Shown: positions 17,621 through 27,079, counted from the first letter of the stretch. The stretch: 32,000 nt of DNA from Candidatus Methylomirabilis oxygeniifera (GCA_000091165.1 FP565575.1:810001-842000); one strand, 5' to 3'. Notes: generated by a model not told the origin, from the letters alone. A program made the numbers and translations.

Positions 17621-18726
17621 CGGCAGTTCGGCGCGCGGTGAGCATCGGTGTCGCGGCGCTGGCGTTGTTGCCGGTCGTTCGCGAGGTCGCGTTCGCGCAC
17701 GGGACGGGTATACGCGGCACGCAGGCGCTGTACGTCGCGAATGAGGGGTCGGATACGGTCTCGGTGATCGATCTTGCGTCGATGAAGGTGACCGGCGCCA
17801 TTGCCGTAGGCGCCGGTCCGCAGCATATTGCTGTCAGCCCGGATCGGCAATATGCTGTTGTCACGTGTAGCCGTTCGGCTGAGGTCTGGATCCTGGCGTT
17901 GCCCGCGCACACGGTCGTTGCCACGGTTTCCAATGCGACCGGTCCCGGAGGCCAGACGGTGTTTGGAGCCGCCGCGACCTATGCCTATGTCACCAACAGT
18001 CAGTATAGCCGAGTCACGGTGATTGAGACGGCCGTCGGCAAGAAGGTGGCCATGATTCCGGTTGGGGAAGCGCCGACCCAGATCAGCATCTCTCCCGATG
18101 GCGGCCATGCTTATGTTCCCAGTGAGCGATCTCATACCGTAGCCGCGCTGAACCTGTCGCTGAATGTCGTTGCGGGGGAGCTCCCCATCGCCGTCAGGCC
18201 GTCTGCCGTCGAGATCTCTCCGGACGGCAAGTATCTGCTGGTCGCCAGCGCCGTCTCCAACTCCGTCACTGTGATCGATACGACTACCCGGCAGTCGTTG
18301 CGCAGAATCCCCGTCGGTGACGACCCCCATCACGTGGTGTTCGGTCCCGGTGGAGCCTTTGCGTATGTTCTCAACAGGGGCTCGGACAGTCTGAGTGTGA
18401 TTCAGATGGCGAATCATCAGGTCGTCGCGACCATCCCCGTTGGGAAGGAGCCGAGCGATGCCGACATTACGCCGTCGGGCCATTACATCTATGTGACCAA
18501 CACGCGAGGGGGCGACGTGTCGGTTATCTCAACGCAGACCAGCGCCGTCGTAGGGACAATTCCTGTAGGCGCCCGGCCCCACAACATCGTCATCTCCGGC
18601 GATGGGCGGTACGCCTTTGTGGCCAACACCGGATCGGATGATATCTCCGTGATCAATCTGCTGTCCCAGACCACGGTGGGGCGAGTGTCGGTCGGAAAGC
18701 GCCCTCATGGGATAGCCTTATGGTGA
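17617..18726 (+). CDS. Secreted YVTN-family beta-propeller repeat protein
   Basis: ATG overlaps previous stop (ATGA); signal peptide MTAVRRAVSIGVAALALLPVVREVAFAHG; repeats such as ALYVANEGSDTVSVIDLASMKVTGAIAVG and AFVANTGSDDISVINL. Confidence 0.92.
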   Translation: MTAVRRAVSIGVAALALLPVVREVAFAHGTGIRGTQALYVANEGSDTVSVIDLASMKVTGAIAVGAGPQHIAVSPDRQYAVVTCSRSAEVWILALPAHTVVATVSNATGPGGQTVFGAAATYAYVTNSQYSRVTVIETAVGKKVAMIPVGEAPTQISISPDGGHAYVPSERSHTVAALNLSLNVVAGELPIAVRPSAVEISPDGKYLLVASAVSNSVTVIDTTTRQSLRRIPVGDDPHHVVFGPGGAFAYVLNRGSDSLSVIQMANHQVVATIPVGKEPSDADITPSGHYIYVTNTRGGDVSVISTQTSAVVGTIPVGARPHNIVISGDGRYAFVANTGSDDISVINLLSQTTVGRVSVGKRPHGIALW

Positions 18727-18736
18727 GGAGCCGCCG

Positions 18737-19153
18737 ATGACACAGCTTTCAGAAATCATGAATCGGAAGCTGATTACCGTAGATACGCGTACATCATTGT
18801 ACCAGGCTCAGCGAGTACTGGATCAGCATCACATCCGCCATCTGTTCGTCATGGACGGCAAACGTCTGGTTGGGATCGTTACCGATCGCGACCTTCGAAA
18901 GGCTGCCCCCTCTTCCAAGTCGCCGTTGACGATCCATGAACGCGAGGAGTTCATGGACGAATTGAAGGTGGTGGAGGTCATGTCGCGCAAACTGATCACG
19001 GCCTCCCCCACAACGACAGCGCGAGAAGCGGCGAAGGTGATGGTTCGTGGGAAGATCGGTTGCCTGCCGGTGGTGGAGGGCAATACGCTGGTTGGGATCG
19101 TCACTGAGACCGATCTGCTCGAGATATTGGTTCGAGGAGAGGAGACATCATGA
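18737..19153 (+). CDS. Tandem CBS domain protein
   Basis: IMNRKLITVDTRTSLYQAQRVLDQHHIRHLFVMDGKRLVGIVTDRDLRKAA...VMSRKLITASPTTTAREAAKVMVRGKIGCLPVVEGNTLVGIVTETDLLEIL. Confidence 0.94.
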   Translation: MTQLSEIMNRKLITVDTRTSLYQAQRVLDQHHIRHLFVMDGKRLVGIVTDRDLRKAAPSSKSPLTIHEREEFMDELKVVEVMSRKLITASPTTTAREAAKVMVRGKIGCLPVVEGNTLVGIVTETDLLEILVRGEETS

Positions 19154-21126
19154 CCGGCGAGCGCGCGCCTTTTCCAGGCATTCCGGCCACAGCGGACGGT
19201 TCGGCTGCAGTCGTCTGGGTTGACTCGCATATTACGCAAGGCGCCTGCGCCTATCCGATTACTCCCTCCACCAACATGGGGACGGGATACCAGGCGGAGG
19301 TTGCGAACGGCACACGCAACCTCTGGGGCGACCCGCTCTTTTTCATCGAGCCGGAGTCGGAACATAGCTCCGCATCGGCGTGTGAGGGGTTTGCGCTGGC
19401 GGGGGGGCGGGTCTCGAACTTTACCTCCGGTCAGGGGCTGGTCCTGATGAAGGAGGTGCTCTATACCATCGCCGGGAAACGGCTGCCGGCGGTCTTTCAT
19501 ATCGGCGCCCGTGCGCTGACCTCTCAGGCTCTGAACGTCCACGCCGGACATGACGACGTCATGGCCGTTGCGGATGTCGGCTGGGGCATGCTCTTTGCGA
19601 AGAACGCCCAGGATGCGGTCGATCTGGCGCTGATCGCCCGCCGCGCCGCCGAAGAGGGCGAGACCCCCTTCATGACGGTACAGGACGGTTTTCTCACGAC
19701 CCACACCATCGAGAACCTCCTGCTTCCTGAACCCGAGCTGATGAAGGAGTTTATCGGGGACCCGCATGGCGGCACACGCCTGCGCAACCTCATGAACCCT
19801 TTACAGCCGATCATGAGCGGGGTTGTGCAGAATCAGGACAGTTACATGAAGGGCAAGATCGCCCAGCGGTTCTTCTATGATCGCTTGCCGACGATTGTTG
19901 AGGGGATTATGGAGCGATTCTACACCCTGACAGGCCGTCGATACGGTCTGATAGAGGCGTACAGGCTCGAGGATGCCGACTACGCCATCGTCGGGATGGG
20001 AGGGATGGTCGAGACCGCCATGGCGACCGTCGATCACCTGCGACTGCACCGCGGAGTTCGAGCGGGCGCCCTCCACGTGACCTGCTTCCGTCCATTTCCG
20101 GGTCGACAGATCGTCGAGGCGATGAAGCACCTGAAAGCGATGGCGGTCATTGAGCGTATGGATAATCCGCTGGCCGAATCGAATCCGCTCACCGCCGAGA
20201 TCAAGGCGGCGTTTGCCGATGCGCTGACGGGCGCGCCGGGATTTCCGGCGATAGACCGGATGCCGATCATCTATTCCGGTTCGGCCGGGCTGGGCAGCCG
20301 GGATATCCGTCCCGGCGACCTGGCGGCCGCGATCGACAATATGCGGCGCGAGGATGGCGGGTCTCGCTACTTTGTCGTGGGGATCAAGCACGACGTGGCG
20401 CTTGTGCCATCCGAAGATCCGGACGTCCGTCCGGTCGGCACCTTTTCGATGCGCGGCCATTCGGTCGGCGGATTCGGATCGGTGACGACCAACAAGGTGA
20501 TCGCGACGATTGTCGGCGACCTCTTCGGCTTGAAGGTCCAGGCCTACCCGAAGTATGGTTCTGAGAAGAAAGGGCTGCCCACGACCTACTATCTGACCGT
20601 GGCGAAAGAGCGAATCCGTACCCATTGCGAGCTGACGCAGGTCGATTTCGTGCCCCTGAACGATGTCAATGCCTTTAATCTCGGCAATCCGTTGGCCGGT
20701 CTGGCGACAGACGGCATGGTCTTCATCCAGACCGACCAAAAGACACCGGAGGAGGTGTGGGCGCGGATTCCTGACTATGCGAAGCAGATTATCCGGGAGC
20801 GGCGTATCCGCGTCCTTGCCCTGGACACTGTGAAGATTGCACGTGAGGCGGCCAGCTCTTCGGACCTCGAGCAACGGATGCAGGGAATTGTCCTGTTGGG
20901 GATTTTTCTTCGCTGTACGCCGTTTCTCCGCGAGCAGCGTCTCGACGAGGAGCAGGTCTTCTCGGCGGTGGAGCGGTCGTTGCGGAAGTATTTCGGCAAG
21001 CGGGGCGAGCAGGTGGTCCAGGATAACCTGAAAGCGGTGAGACGAGGCTACACCGAGGTCTTCGAGGTTCCAGCGGAGACGATCGCGGAGGTTGGGGCCG
21101 GCGCCTCGGGTCCTCGTTCTGAGTAG
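19150..21126 (+). CDS. 2-oxoacid (pyruvate-type):ferredoxin oxidoreductase, alpha plus gamma domains
   Basis: ITQGACAYPITPSTNMG, TSGQGLVLMKEVLYTIAGKRLPAVFHIGARALT, VMAVADVGWGMLFAKNAQDAVDLALIA, gamma domain GTFSMRGHSVGGFGSVTTNKVIATIVGDLFGLKVQAYPKYGSEKKGLPT. ATGA overlap with the upstream CBS gene. Confidence 0.92.
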   Translation: MTGERAPFPGIPATADGSAAVVWVDSHITQGACAYPITPSTNMGTGYQAEVANGTRNLWGDPLFFIEPESEHSSASACEGFALAGGRVSNFTSGQGLVLMKEVLYTIAGKRLPAVFHIGARALTSQALNVHAGHDDVMAVADVGWGMLFAKNAQDAVDLALIARRAAEEGETPFMTVQDGFLTTHTIENLLLPEPELMKEFIGDPHGGTRLRNLMNPLQPIMSGVVQNQDSYMKGKIAQRFFYDRLPTIVEGIMERFYTLTGRRYGLIEAYRLEDADYAIVGMGGMVETAMATVDHLRLHRGVRAGALHVTCFRPFPGRQIVEAMKHLKAMAVIERMDNPLAESNPLTAEIKAAFADALTGAPGFPAIDRMPIIYSGSAGLGSRDIRPGDLAAAIDNMRREDGGSRYFVVGIKHDVALVPSEDPDVRPVGTFSMRGHSVGGFGSVTTNKVIATIVGDLFGLKVQAYPKYGSEKKGLPTTYYLTVAKERIRTHCELTQVDFVPLNDVNAFNLGNPLAGLATDGMVFIQTDQKTPEEVWARIPDYAKQIIRERRIRVLALDTVKIAREAASSSDLEQRMQGIVLLGIFLRCTPFLREQRLDEEQVFSAVERSLRKYFGKRGEQVVQDNLKAVRRGYTEVFEVPAETIAEVGAGASGPRSE

Positions 21127-21134
21127 TTCGTTTG

Positions 21135-21220
21135 TGCAGGTCGGGTGAGCGTAGCGTAACCCGACATCCTCCGGTGAGCCGTCGGGTTACGGACTTGACG
21201 GCCTAACCCGATCTACAGTA
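21135..21220. repeat. Palindromic intergenic element, CGGGTTACG/GTAACCCGAC type, between the two oxidoreductase genes
   Basis: GCAGGTCGGGTGAGCGTAGCGTAACCCGACATCC...GTCGGGTTACGGACTTGACGGCCTAACCCGATCTACAG; nested inverted repeats. Confidence 0.55.
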
Positions 21221-21238
21221 CAGCAGAAAGGTTCAACC

Positions 21239-22921
21239 ATGGCAGATTACGAGCCACGACACGATCCTCTGGATGAGGAGCATAGCGAGCAGGTTGCCGG
21301 GACGAAGCCTCGCGGGCTTGAGAAGGAGATCCGCGAGAGCGCCTTACCCCCGACCGGACTCCTGGAGCTTGATCTTGAACGGTACGTGGGCGACTTCAAT
21401 GAGCGAATCGTCGGGGCGTATGCGGCCGGGACCGGAGAGCAGGTGCTTCCGGCCGATGTCGGGGTGGCCAGGAGCCTGATTCCGCCGGGGACCGGCGCTC
21501 TGCGTGACTTCAGTTACATTGCGCCGGAGATCCCCCGGTTCGACCGGGACAAATGCGTCGGCTGCATGTCCTGCGTGACCGAATGCCCCGACACTGCGAT
21601 TCTCGGCAAGGCGATTCCCAAGTCACACCTGGAGGCGGAGCTGAGCGCTATCACTGACCCACAGGAGCGGGAGCGGATTCGAGCCCAGTGGGCCGTCACA
21701 AAGAAATATTACGAAATCTTTGAGAAAAAGGACGAGGAGGGCGCCCTGTTCGGCATCTTTGTCGATCCGACTAAGTGCAAGGGGTGCGCCGAGTGCGTCG
21801 AGGTCTGCGACTCGCTTGGTTATCATGCCCTGACGATGGTGAAGAAAGACGAAACGACGATCCCACGCTATCGAAACTACTTTAACTTCTTCAGGCAAGT
21901 TGGCGCTACTCCACGTCAATATATCAATGAACGAGCGTTGGCAGATATGATGCTGTCCGATGAGGCGCTTCTGTATGTCGGCGGCGCCGGCTCATGCATG
22001 GGGTGCGGCGAGGCGACAGCGATCCGGATGATGCTGGCTGCGACCGGATTCGTGCATGGCGCGGAGCAGATCGGGATCGTGGCGGCGACCGGGTGTAATA
22101 CGGTCTACGGCTCGACCTATCCTTACAACCCCTTCCTGGTTCCCTGGACCAACTCCCTGTTCGAGAACGCCCCCGCCGTGGCGATGGGGGTCCGCGGCAA
22201 GTGGGATCAACGGGGATGGCAGGCGAAGAAGCTCTGGGTGATCGGAGGGGACGGGGCGATGTACGATATCGGCTTTCAGGCGCTGTCGCGGATGCTGGCC
22301 TCCGGGATGGACATCAACGTGCTGATCCTGGATACGCAGGTTTACTCCAATACGGGCGGACAGGCCTCTACGGCGACCTATACCGGGCAGGATGCCAAGA
22401 TGGCCGTGGTCGGGAAGGCGGCGCCGGGCAAGCGGGAGCGTCGAAAAGAGCTGGCGCTTATCGCTATGATGCACCCGGATACCTTTGTAGCGCAAACCAC
22501 AGCGGCCCATATCAATCATTTTTATCGGGCCATTATGGCCGCGAATGAGTACCCGGGTCCGGCTGTGGTCAGTGTCTATACAACCTGTGAGCCCGAGCAT
22601 GGCGTGGCGGACGACCGGTCCTCGTCTCAGGCGAAACTGGCGGTCGATTCTCGAGCCTTCCCCCTCTTTGTGTACGATCCGCGCAAGGGGGAGCGGATTA
22701 AAGAGCGACTCAGCCTGGCGGGTAACCCGGCGATTGGCGACGACTGGTACAGACTGCCTCACACAGGGGAGACTGCTGACTTTATTGCGTTTGCCAGAAC
22801 GGAGGGCCGGTTCGCAAAGCAGTTTGACTCGGAGGGCCGTCCCTCCGAAACCTTACTCTACGCTCAGGCCGAGCGGCTCCAGTACTGGCGACGCCTGCAA
22901 GAATTGGCCGGCATGAGATAG
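21239..22921 (+). CDS. 2-oxoacid (pyruvate-type):ferredoxin oxidoreductase, 2x[4Fe-4S] plus TPP-binding beta domain
   Basis: CVGCMSCVTECPDTAILG and CKGCAECVEVCDSLGYHAL; YVGGAGSCMGCGEATAIRMM, IVAATGCNTVYGSTYPYNP, VIGGDGAMYDIGFQALSRML, LDTQVYSNTGGQASTAT. Confidence 0.93.
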   Translation: MADYEPRHDPLDEEHSEQVAGTKPRGLEKEIRESALPPTGLLELDLERYVGDFNERIVGAYAAGTGEQVLPADVGVARSLIPPGTGALRDFSYIAPEIPRFDRDKCVGCMSCVTECPDTAILGKAIPKSHLEAELSAITDPQERERIRAQWAVTKKYYEIFEKKDEEGALFGIFVDPTKCKGCAECVEVCDSLGYHALTMVKKDETTIPRYRNYFNFFRQVGATPRQYINERALADMMLSDEALLYVGGAGSCMGCGEATAIRMMLAATGFVHGAEQIGIVAATGCNTVYGSTYPYNPFLVPWTNSLFENAPAVAMGVRGKWDQRGWQAKKLWVIGGDGAMYDIGFQALSRMLASGMDINVLILDTQVYSNTGGQASTATYTGQDAKMAVVGKAAPGKRERRKELALIAMMHPDTFVAQTTAAHINHFYRAIMAANEYPGPAVVSVYTTCEPEHGVADDRSSSQAKLAVDSRAFPLFVYDPRKGERIKERLSLAGNPAIGDDWYRLPHTGETADFIAFARTEGRFAKQFDSEGRPSETLLYAQAERLQYWRRLQELAGMR

Positions 22922-23180
22922 GAGTGGTTATCAGGTGCAAGTCGAAGGTCGGCGTTCGGCGATCAGCAATCAGCCGTCGGTCGGATGCTGAAAGTTGATA
23001 ACTGATAGCGGATAGCCGAACGCTGACTGATATGGTATGCTTAATTGAGTGTTGCTGCGTCCTTGCGTGGGGATAGGGCCGGTTGAGAATATAGGACAAC
23101 CGACCGGGAGTCGAAGAAGTGAGGCTCGGACCCCGTTCCGGGCTGAAAGAGGTCAGGCATCAGTTTGCCGAAGGAGGGGT

Positions 23181-24296
23181 ATGTATCCCGTTCTTACCGG
23201 ATTTGATCACCTGGTCTTTGCCGAGGCGCCCAAGCTGATCTATTGGGAGCTGACGCGGGCCTGCGACCTGGTGTGTACGCATTGTCGCGCTGAAGCCATC
23301 GCGGCGCGCGACCCATTTGAACTCAGCACGGCGGAGGCGAAGGCGCTGCTGGCTGATCTCCGGGCATTCGGCGAGCCGCCCCCGCAGCTTGTCATGACCG
23401 GAGGCGACCCGCTGAAGCGTCCGGATTTCTTCGAACTGTTACGGCACGGCAGGAGCATTGGGATGCCGGTATCCGTGGCGCCAAGCGGCACCCCGTTGTT
23501 GACAGCGGAGGCGATTGCGGCGTTGGCGGAAAACGGGGTCATGAGTATGTCGCTGAGCATCGACGGCGCAACGGCCGAGAGTCACGATCGGTTCCGCGGC
23601 GTCGCAGGGTGCTTCGAGACCACCATGCGCGCTATCGAGGCGGTCCGGGCAGCAGCGATCCCACTGCAGATCAACACCCTCGTCACCCCGGAAACCATGC
23701 CGGAGCTGCCCGGCGTGTTCCGGTTGCTCCGGGACCTGGGGATTATGCGGTGGAGTCTCTTTTATCTGATCGCCACGGGGCGAGGTCGAGCCCTTCGCGA
23801 GATCAGGCCCAGCGAGGCTGAGGCGCTTCACAACTGGATCTACGACATCGTCAGGACTGCCCCCTTCGCTATTAAGGCGACGGAGGCCCCGCACTTTCGC
23901 CGTGTCGCGTATATGCGAATGCGACTGGAAGGCCTGGATGACGCCGCGATCCGGCAGACGCCCATCGGACGGGGGTTCGGTATCCGCGACGGCAATGGGA
24001 TCATGTTTATCTCACACACCGGGGACGTCTATCCGTCCGGGTTTCTGCCGGTGACGGCGGGGAATGTGCGTCGGCAGAGTCCCGTCACGATCTATCGCGA
24101 ATCGGAGGTTTTTACACGCCTACGCGATGCCGATCAATATGGCGGTAAGTGCGGCATGTGCGAGTTTCGCTGGGTGTGCGGCGGATCGCGGGCCCGTGCC
24201 TTCGCGGAGACGGGCGATCCGAATGGAAGCGATCCGCTGTGCGCCTATAGGCCGGAGGCTGCGCTGGCAGGGGCGGCGGACGGCGATCGAGAATAG
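23181..24296 (+). CDS. Radical SAM/SPASM domain protein
   Basis: AAGGAGG RBS before ATG 23181; CDLVCTHCRAEA (CxxxCxxC), VMTGGDPLKRPDF, C-terminal CGMCEFRWVCGGSRARAFAETGDPNGSDPLC (SPASM-like Cys cluster). Start trimmed by 44 codons from the track ORF. Confidence 0.9.
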   Translation: MYPVLTGFDHLVFAEAPKLIYWELTRACDLVCTHCRAEAIAARDPFELSTAEAKALLADLRAFGEPPPQLVMTGGDPLKRPDFFELLRHGRSIGMPVSVAPSGTPLLTAEAIAALAENGVMSMSLSIDGATAESHDRFRGVAGCFETTMRAIEAVRAAAIPLQINTLVTPETMPELPGVFRLLRDLGIMRWSLFYLIATGRGRALREIRPSEAEALHNWIYDIVRTAPFAIKATEAPHFRRVAYMRMRLEGLDDAAIRQTPIGRGFGIRDGNGIMFISHTGDVYPSGFLPVTAGNVRRQSPVTIYRESEVFTRLRDADQYGGKCGMCEFRWVCGGSRARAFAETGDPNGSDPLCAYRPEAALAGAADGDRE

Positions 24297-24511
24297 GCGT
24301 CTGACCGATCACCCGGCTATTCCTTCATTCTACCCAATTGGGCATGCAGATGCTCTAGCCGATTGGTGATATCGGATATACATTGTGTGTAGGAGATGTG
24401 GCGCGATAAGCATCAGGCCGTAGTGTGTAAGGAGCTTATAGCGCTTCGACAAGGGACGGAAGGTTACGTATGCAGCCGACCCGAAGGCGGCGCAGCCGAC
24501 AGGAGGGACGA

Positions 24512-24979
24512 ATGCAGATTTCACGGATCCTTTTTCCGACCGACTTCTCCCATGATGCCGAGCACGCATTCCAGTACGCGCTCACCTTTGCCCGCGAGTT
24601 CGGCGCCGAACTCCACCTGCTTCACGTCATCTACTTCCCCCCCCAGACACCCGAGTACGACATCGGACAGGTGATCGACGGCCTGGTCAAGAATGCTGAA
24701 ACCAGCCTGAACAAGCTGGTTGAGAGCGTTCCGGATCCGCACCCGATCTTCCACATGGACGTACAGGTGGGGGTGGAGCACATCGAGATCACGAAGTGTG
24801 CCGAGCGGGAAAAGATTGATCTCATTGTGATGGGGACCCGTGGACGGACCGGGCTGTCGCATGTCTTTCTGGGAAGTGTCGCCGAGCGGGTGGTTCGTCA
24901 TGCCTCCTGCCCCGTCCTGACCGTCAAGGTCCCGGCGCGGAAAGGCGGCGAGACCGCGAAAGGGGAGTCAGCGACATGA
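24512..24979 (+). CDS. Universal stress protein (UspA family)
   Basis: RILFPTDFSHDAEHAFQYALTFAREFGAELHLLHVI...IDLIVMGTRGRTGLSHVFLGSVAERVVRHASCPVLTVK; AGGAGG RBS. Confidence 0.95.
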   Translation: MQISRILFPTDFSHDAEHAFQYALTFAREFGAELHLLHVIYFPPQTPEYDIGQVIDGLVKNAETSLNKLVESVPDPHPIFHMDVQVGVEHIEITKCAEREKIDLIVMGTRGRTGLSHVFLGSVAERVVRHASCPVLTVKVPARKGGETAKGESAT

Positions 24980-26094
24980 CGGTGCAGCACAAGGCGTTGG
25001 CCCGGTATCTCGAAGCGGCCCTTGGCGGCGTTGTCCAGGTGCAGGCTGTTCGGCCGCTGACGGGCGACGAGCCGTCCATCGTTGGGAAGGAGCTTGGGGT
25101 GTTACAGAGTCACGATTTGAAGGCGTTCGGCTACGGCCGGCCGATCCAGATCGATCTGCTTCTGAACGGCTTTCCCCGCTCCTACGTCCTGTCCACGATG
25201 CGGAGCGGTTCAGGCTTTGGCCACGACCACAAGGCCGACCGGGCGGGCGCCCTGATTTGGGCGCATGATGCCTACGGGAAGCTCGCGCGCCACGTGGGGA
25301 GCGTTGACGTCGGCTTCTTCACGCGCGAGGGACAGTTGCAATCGGCCGGGGGCGCGGAGGAGTATTTCCTTCTGATGGAGAAGGTCGAAGGGGCCGCGTA
25401 TTGGCTGGATCTGGAGCGAATTCAGTCGGAGGGGAAAGCAATTGACCTGGACTTCGACCGCGCCGGGGCGCTGGCGGAACATCTGGCGACGATCCATGCC
25501 GAGAAACGCCAGGATGAACAACTGTACTTCCGTCGGATTCGGGATCTGATCGGCCATGGCGAGGGGATCATGGGGATCCTCGACGGTTATCCGACCGATT
25601 ATCCTCTTCTCCCGTGCAAACAGCAGTATGTTGTCGAGTGCGGATGTGTAGCCTGGCGACAATACCTGAAAGAGAAGACCGCGCGGTTGAGCATCGTCCA
25701 TGGGGATTTCCACCCCTGGAATATCCTCTTCCGACAGGGGACCGATTTCACACTGCTTGACCGAAGTCGTGGGGAGTGGGGGGAGCCGGCCGATGACATC
25801 GCGGCTCTCAGCATCAATTTCCTCCTCTTCTCGCTTTTGCGGTCGGGTTGCGTGGAGGGGCCGTTCCGGGAGCTGTTCGATTGCTTCTATAGTACGTACC
25901 TTGAGCGGACCGGCGATCTGGAGCTGAACCTGGTGATTCCACCCTTCTATGTCTTTCGGGCTCTGGTCATCGCGAGTCCGCGTTGGTACCCGGACCTTCC
26001 GGAGGATGTGCGCGTCAAACTGTTCCGGTTTGTCCGGACGATGCTTCGGGCCGAGCAGTTCGATCACAGGGATCTCAATCGATATCTGTTGTAA
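24976..26094 (+). CDS. Aminoglycoside-phosphotransferase-like (APH/choline kinase fold) kinase
   Basis: LSIVHGDFHPWNILFRQGTDFTLLDRSRGEWGEPADDIAALSINFLLFS: Brenner-type loop and metal-binding motif. Start overlaps USP stop (ATGA). Confidence 0.83.
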   Translation: MTVQHKALARYLEAALGGVVQVQAVRPLTGDEPSIVGKELGVLQSHDLKAFGYGRPIQIDLLLNGFPRSYVLSTMRSGSGFGHDHKADRAGALIWAHDAYGKLARHVGSVDVGFFTREGQLQSAGGAEEYFLLMEKVEGAAYWLDLERIQSEGKAIDLDFDRAGALAEHLATIHAEKRQDEQLYFRRIRDLIGHGEGIMGILDGYPTDYPLLPCKQQYVVECGCVAWRQYLKEKTARLSIVHGDFHPWNILFRQGTDFTLLDRSRGEWGEPADDIAALSINFLLFSLLRSGCVEGPFRELFDCFYSTYLERTGDLELNLVIPPFYVFRALVIASPRWYPDLPEDVRVKLFRFVRTMLRAEQFDHRDLNRYLL

Positions 26095-26104
26095 GGAGAT
26101 CACA

Positions 26105-26704
26105 GTGGCGTGGGTGGCGTGGTTGACGGGACTGCCCGGAAGCGGCAAGAGCAGCGTCGGCCGAGAGGTTGCTCGTCGTCTGGAGGCGCGCGGGGCCAGG
26201 GTGCGGGTGCTGGAGCTCGATGAGATCCGACGGGTCGTCACCCCTTCGCCAGGCTATACGGCCCAGGAACGCGAGGTCGTCTATCGCGCGCTGGCCTACA
26301 TGGCGTGGCTGCTCTACCGTGAAGGGGTCAGCGTGATCATCGACGCAACGGCCCACAGGCGGCGATTTCGTGATCTGGCCCGCGCGCTGATTCCTGGTTT
26401 TGCCGAGATCTATCTGCGCGCGTCGCTGCCGACGTGTCGCGCGCGGGCGGGACATCGACACGGCGGCTACGCCCCTGCCGACGTCTATGGGCAAGCGGGC
26501 CGTGAGGGATCGACTGTTCCGGGCGTCGATGAGATGTACGAGCCGCCGCATCACGCCGAGCTGATGCTCGACACCGACGAACTTCAGGTGACGGACGCCG
26601 CGGAACAGGCGGTGAGGTTTCTCGAGGCATTTCAGGACGGCCAGGCTGCCGTGTTGGTGAGCACGGGTTCTCACAACAGGCCGGCCGCGGAGGGAGGGCG
26701 ATGA
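26105..26704 (+). CDS. CysC-like (adenylylsulfate-kinase family) P-loop kinase
   Basis: GTG 26105 after TAAGGAG; WLTGLPGSGKSSVGREVARRL, LDEIRRVVTPSPGYTAQEREVVYRALAYMAWLL, GVSVIIDATAHRRRFRDLAR, YEPPHHAELMLDT. Confidence 0.83.
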   Translation: MAWVAWLTGLPGSGKSSVGREVARRLEARGARVRVLELDEIRRVVTPSPGYTAQEREVVYRALAYMAWLLYREGVSVIIDATAHRRRFRDLARALIPGFAEIYLRASLPTCRARAGHRHGGYAPADVYGQAGREGSTVPGVDEMYEPPHHAELMLDTDELQVTDAAEQAVRFLEAFQDGQAAVLVSTGSHNRPAAEGGR

Positions 26705-26973
26705 GCGCGATGCCGAACCCACAGGTGTTGGAACGCATCGGTGAGCAGGGTGAGCGAAGTGAGGCATGCCCCTACTTGAAACGAGCCATTCTCACCTCCC
26801 GGTATCCCATCGAGGGGTACTGTGTCGCGCACCCGCATGGGAGACTTCGGGTTGTGACGATCGGCGAATTCCGTGAGTTGTGCACAACAGCCGAGTATGT
26901 TCAGTGTCAACTGTATCGCGAACTGCGCGATCGGGGGCCGGCCGAGGAAGATCCGGGATGCGCAGCAACCTGA
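26701..26973 (+). CDS. Small Cys-containing protein of unknown function, 90 aa
   Basis: ATGA overlap with the kinase gene; CPYLKRAI...IEGYCVAHPHGRLRVVTIGEFRELCTTAEYVQCQLYRELRD, four spaced cysteines that could bind metal. Confidence 0.7.
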   Translation: MSAMPNPQVLERIGEQGERSEACPYLKRAILTSRYPIEGYCVAHPHGRLRVVTIGEFRELCTTAEYVQCQLYRELRDRGPAEEDPGCAAT

Positions 26974-27079
26974 TCTGAAAGGGAGTCCCCTCACGCCCTT
27001 TCGGCGGCGCTGAGTGCTGACCACTGAATGCTATTTTCAAAGGAACACCTTATGCGGTCTCGGCCGCACCACGACGCAC

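Noticed and set aside
17479-18483. 334-aa minus-strand ORF
   Set aside because: Antisense of the beta-propeller repeats; its apparent repeats mirror the coding strand.
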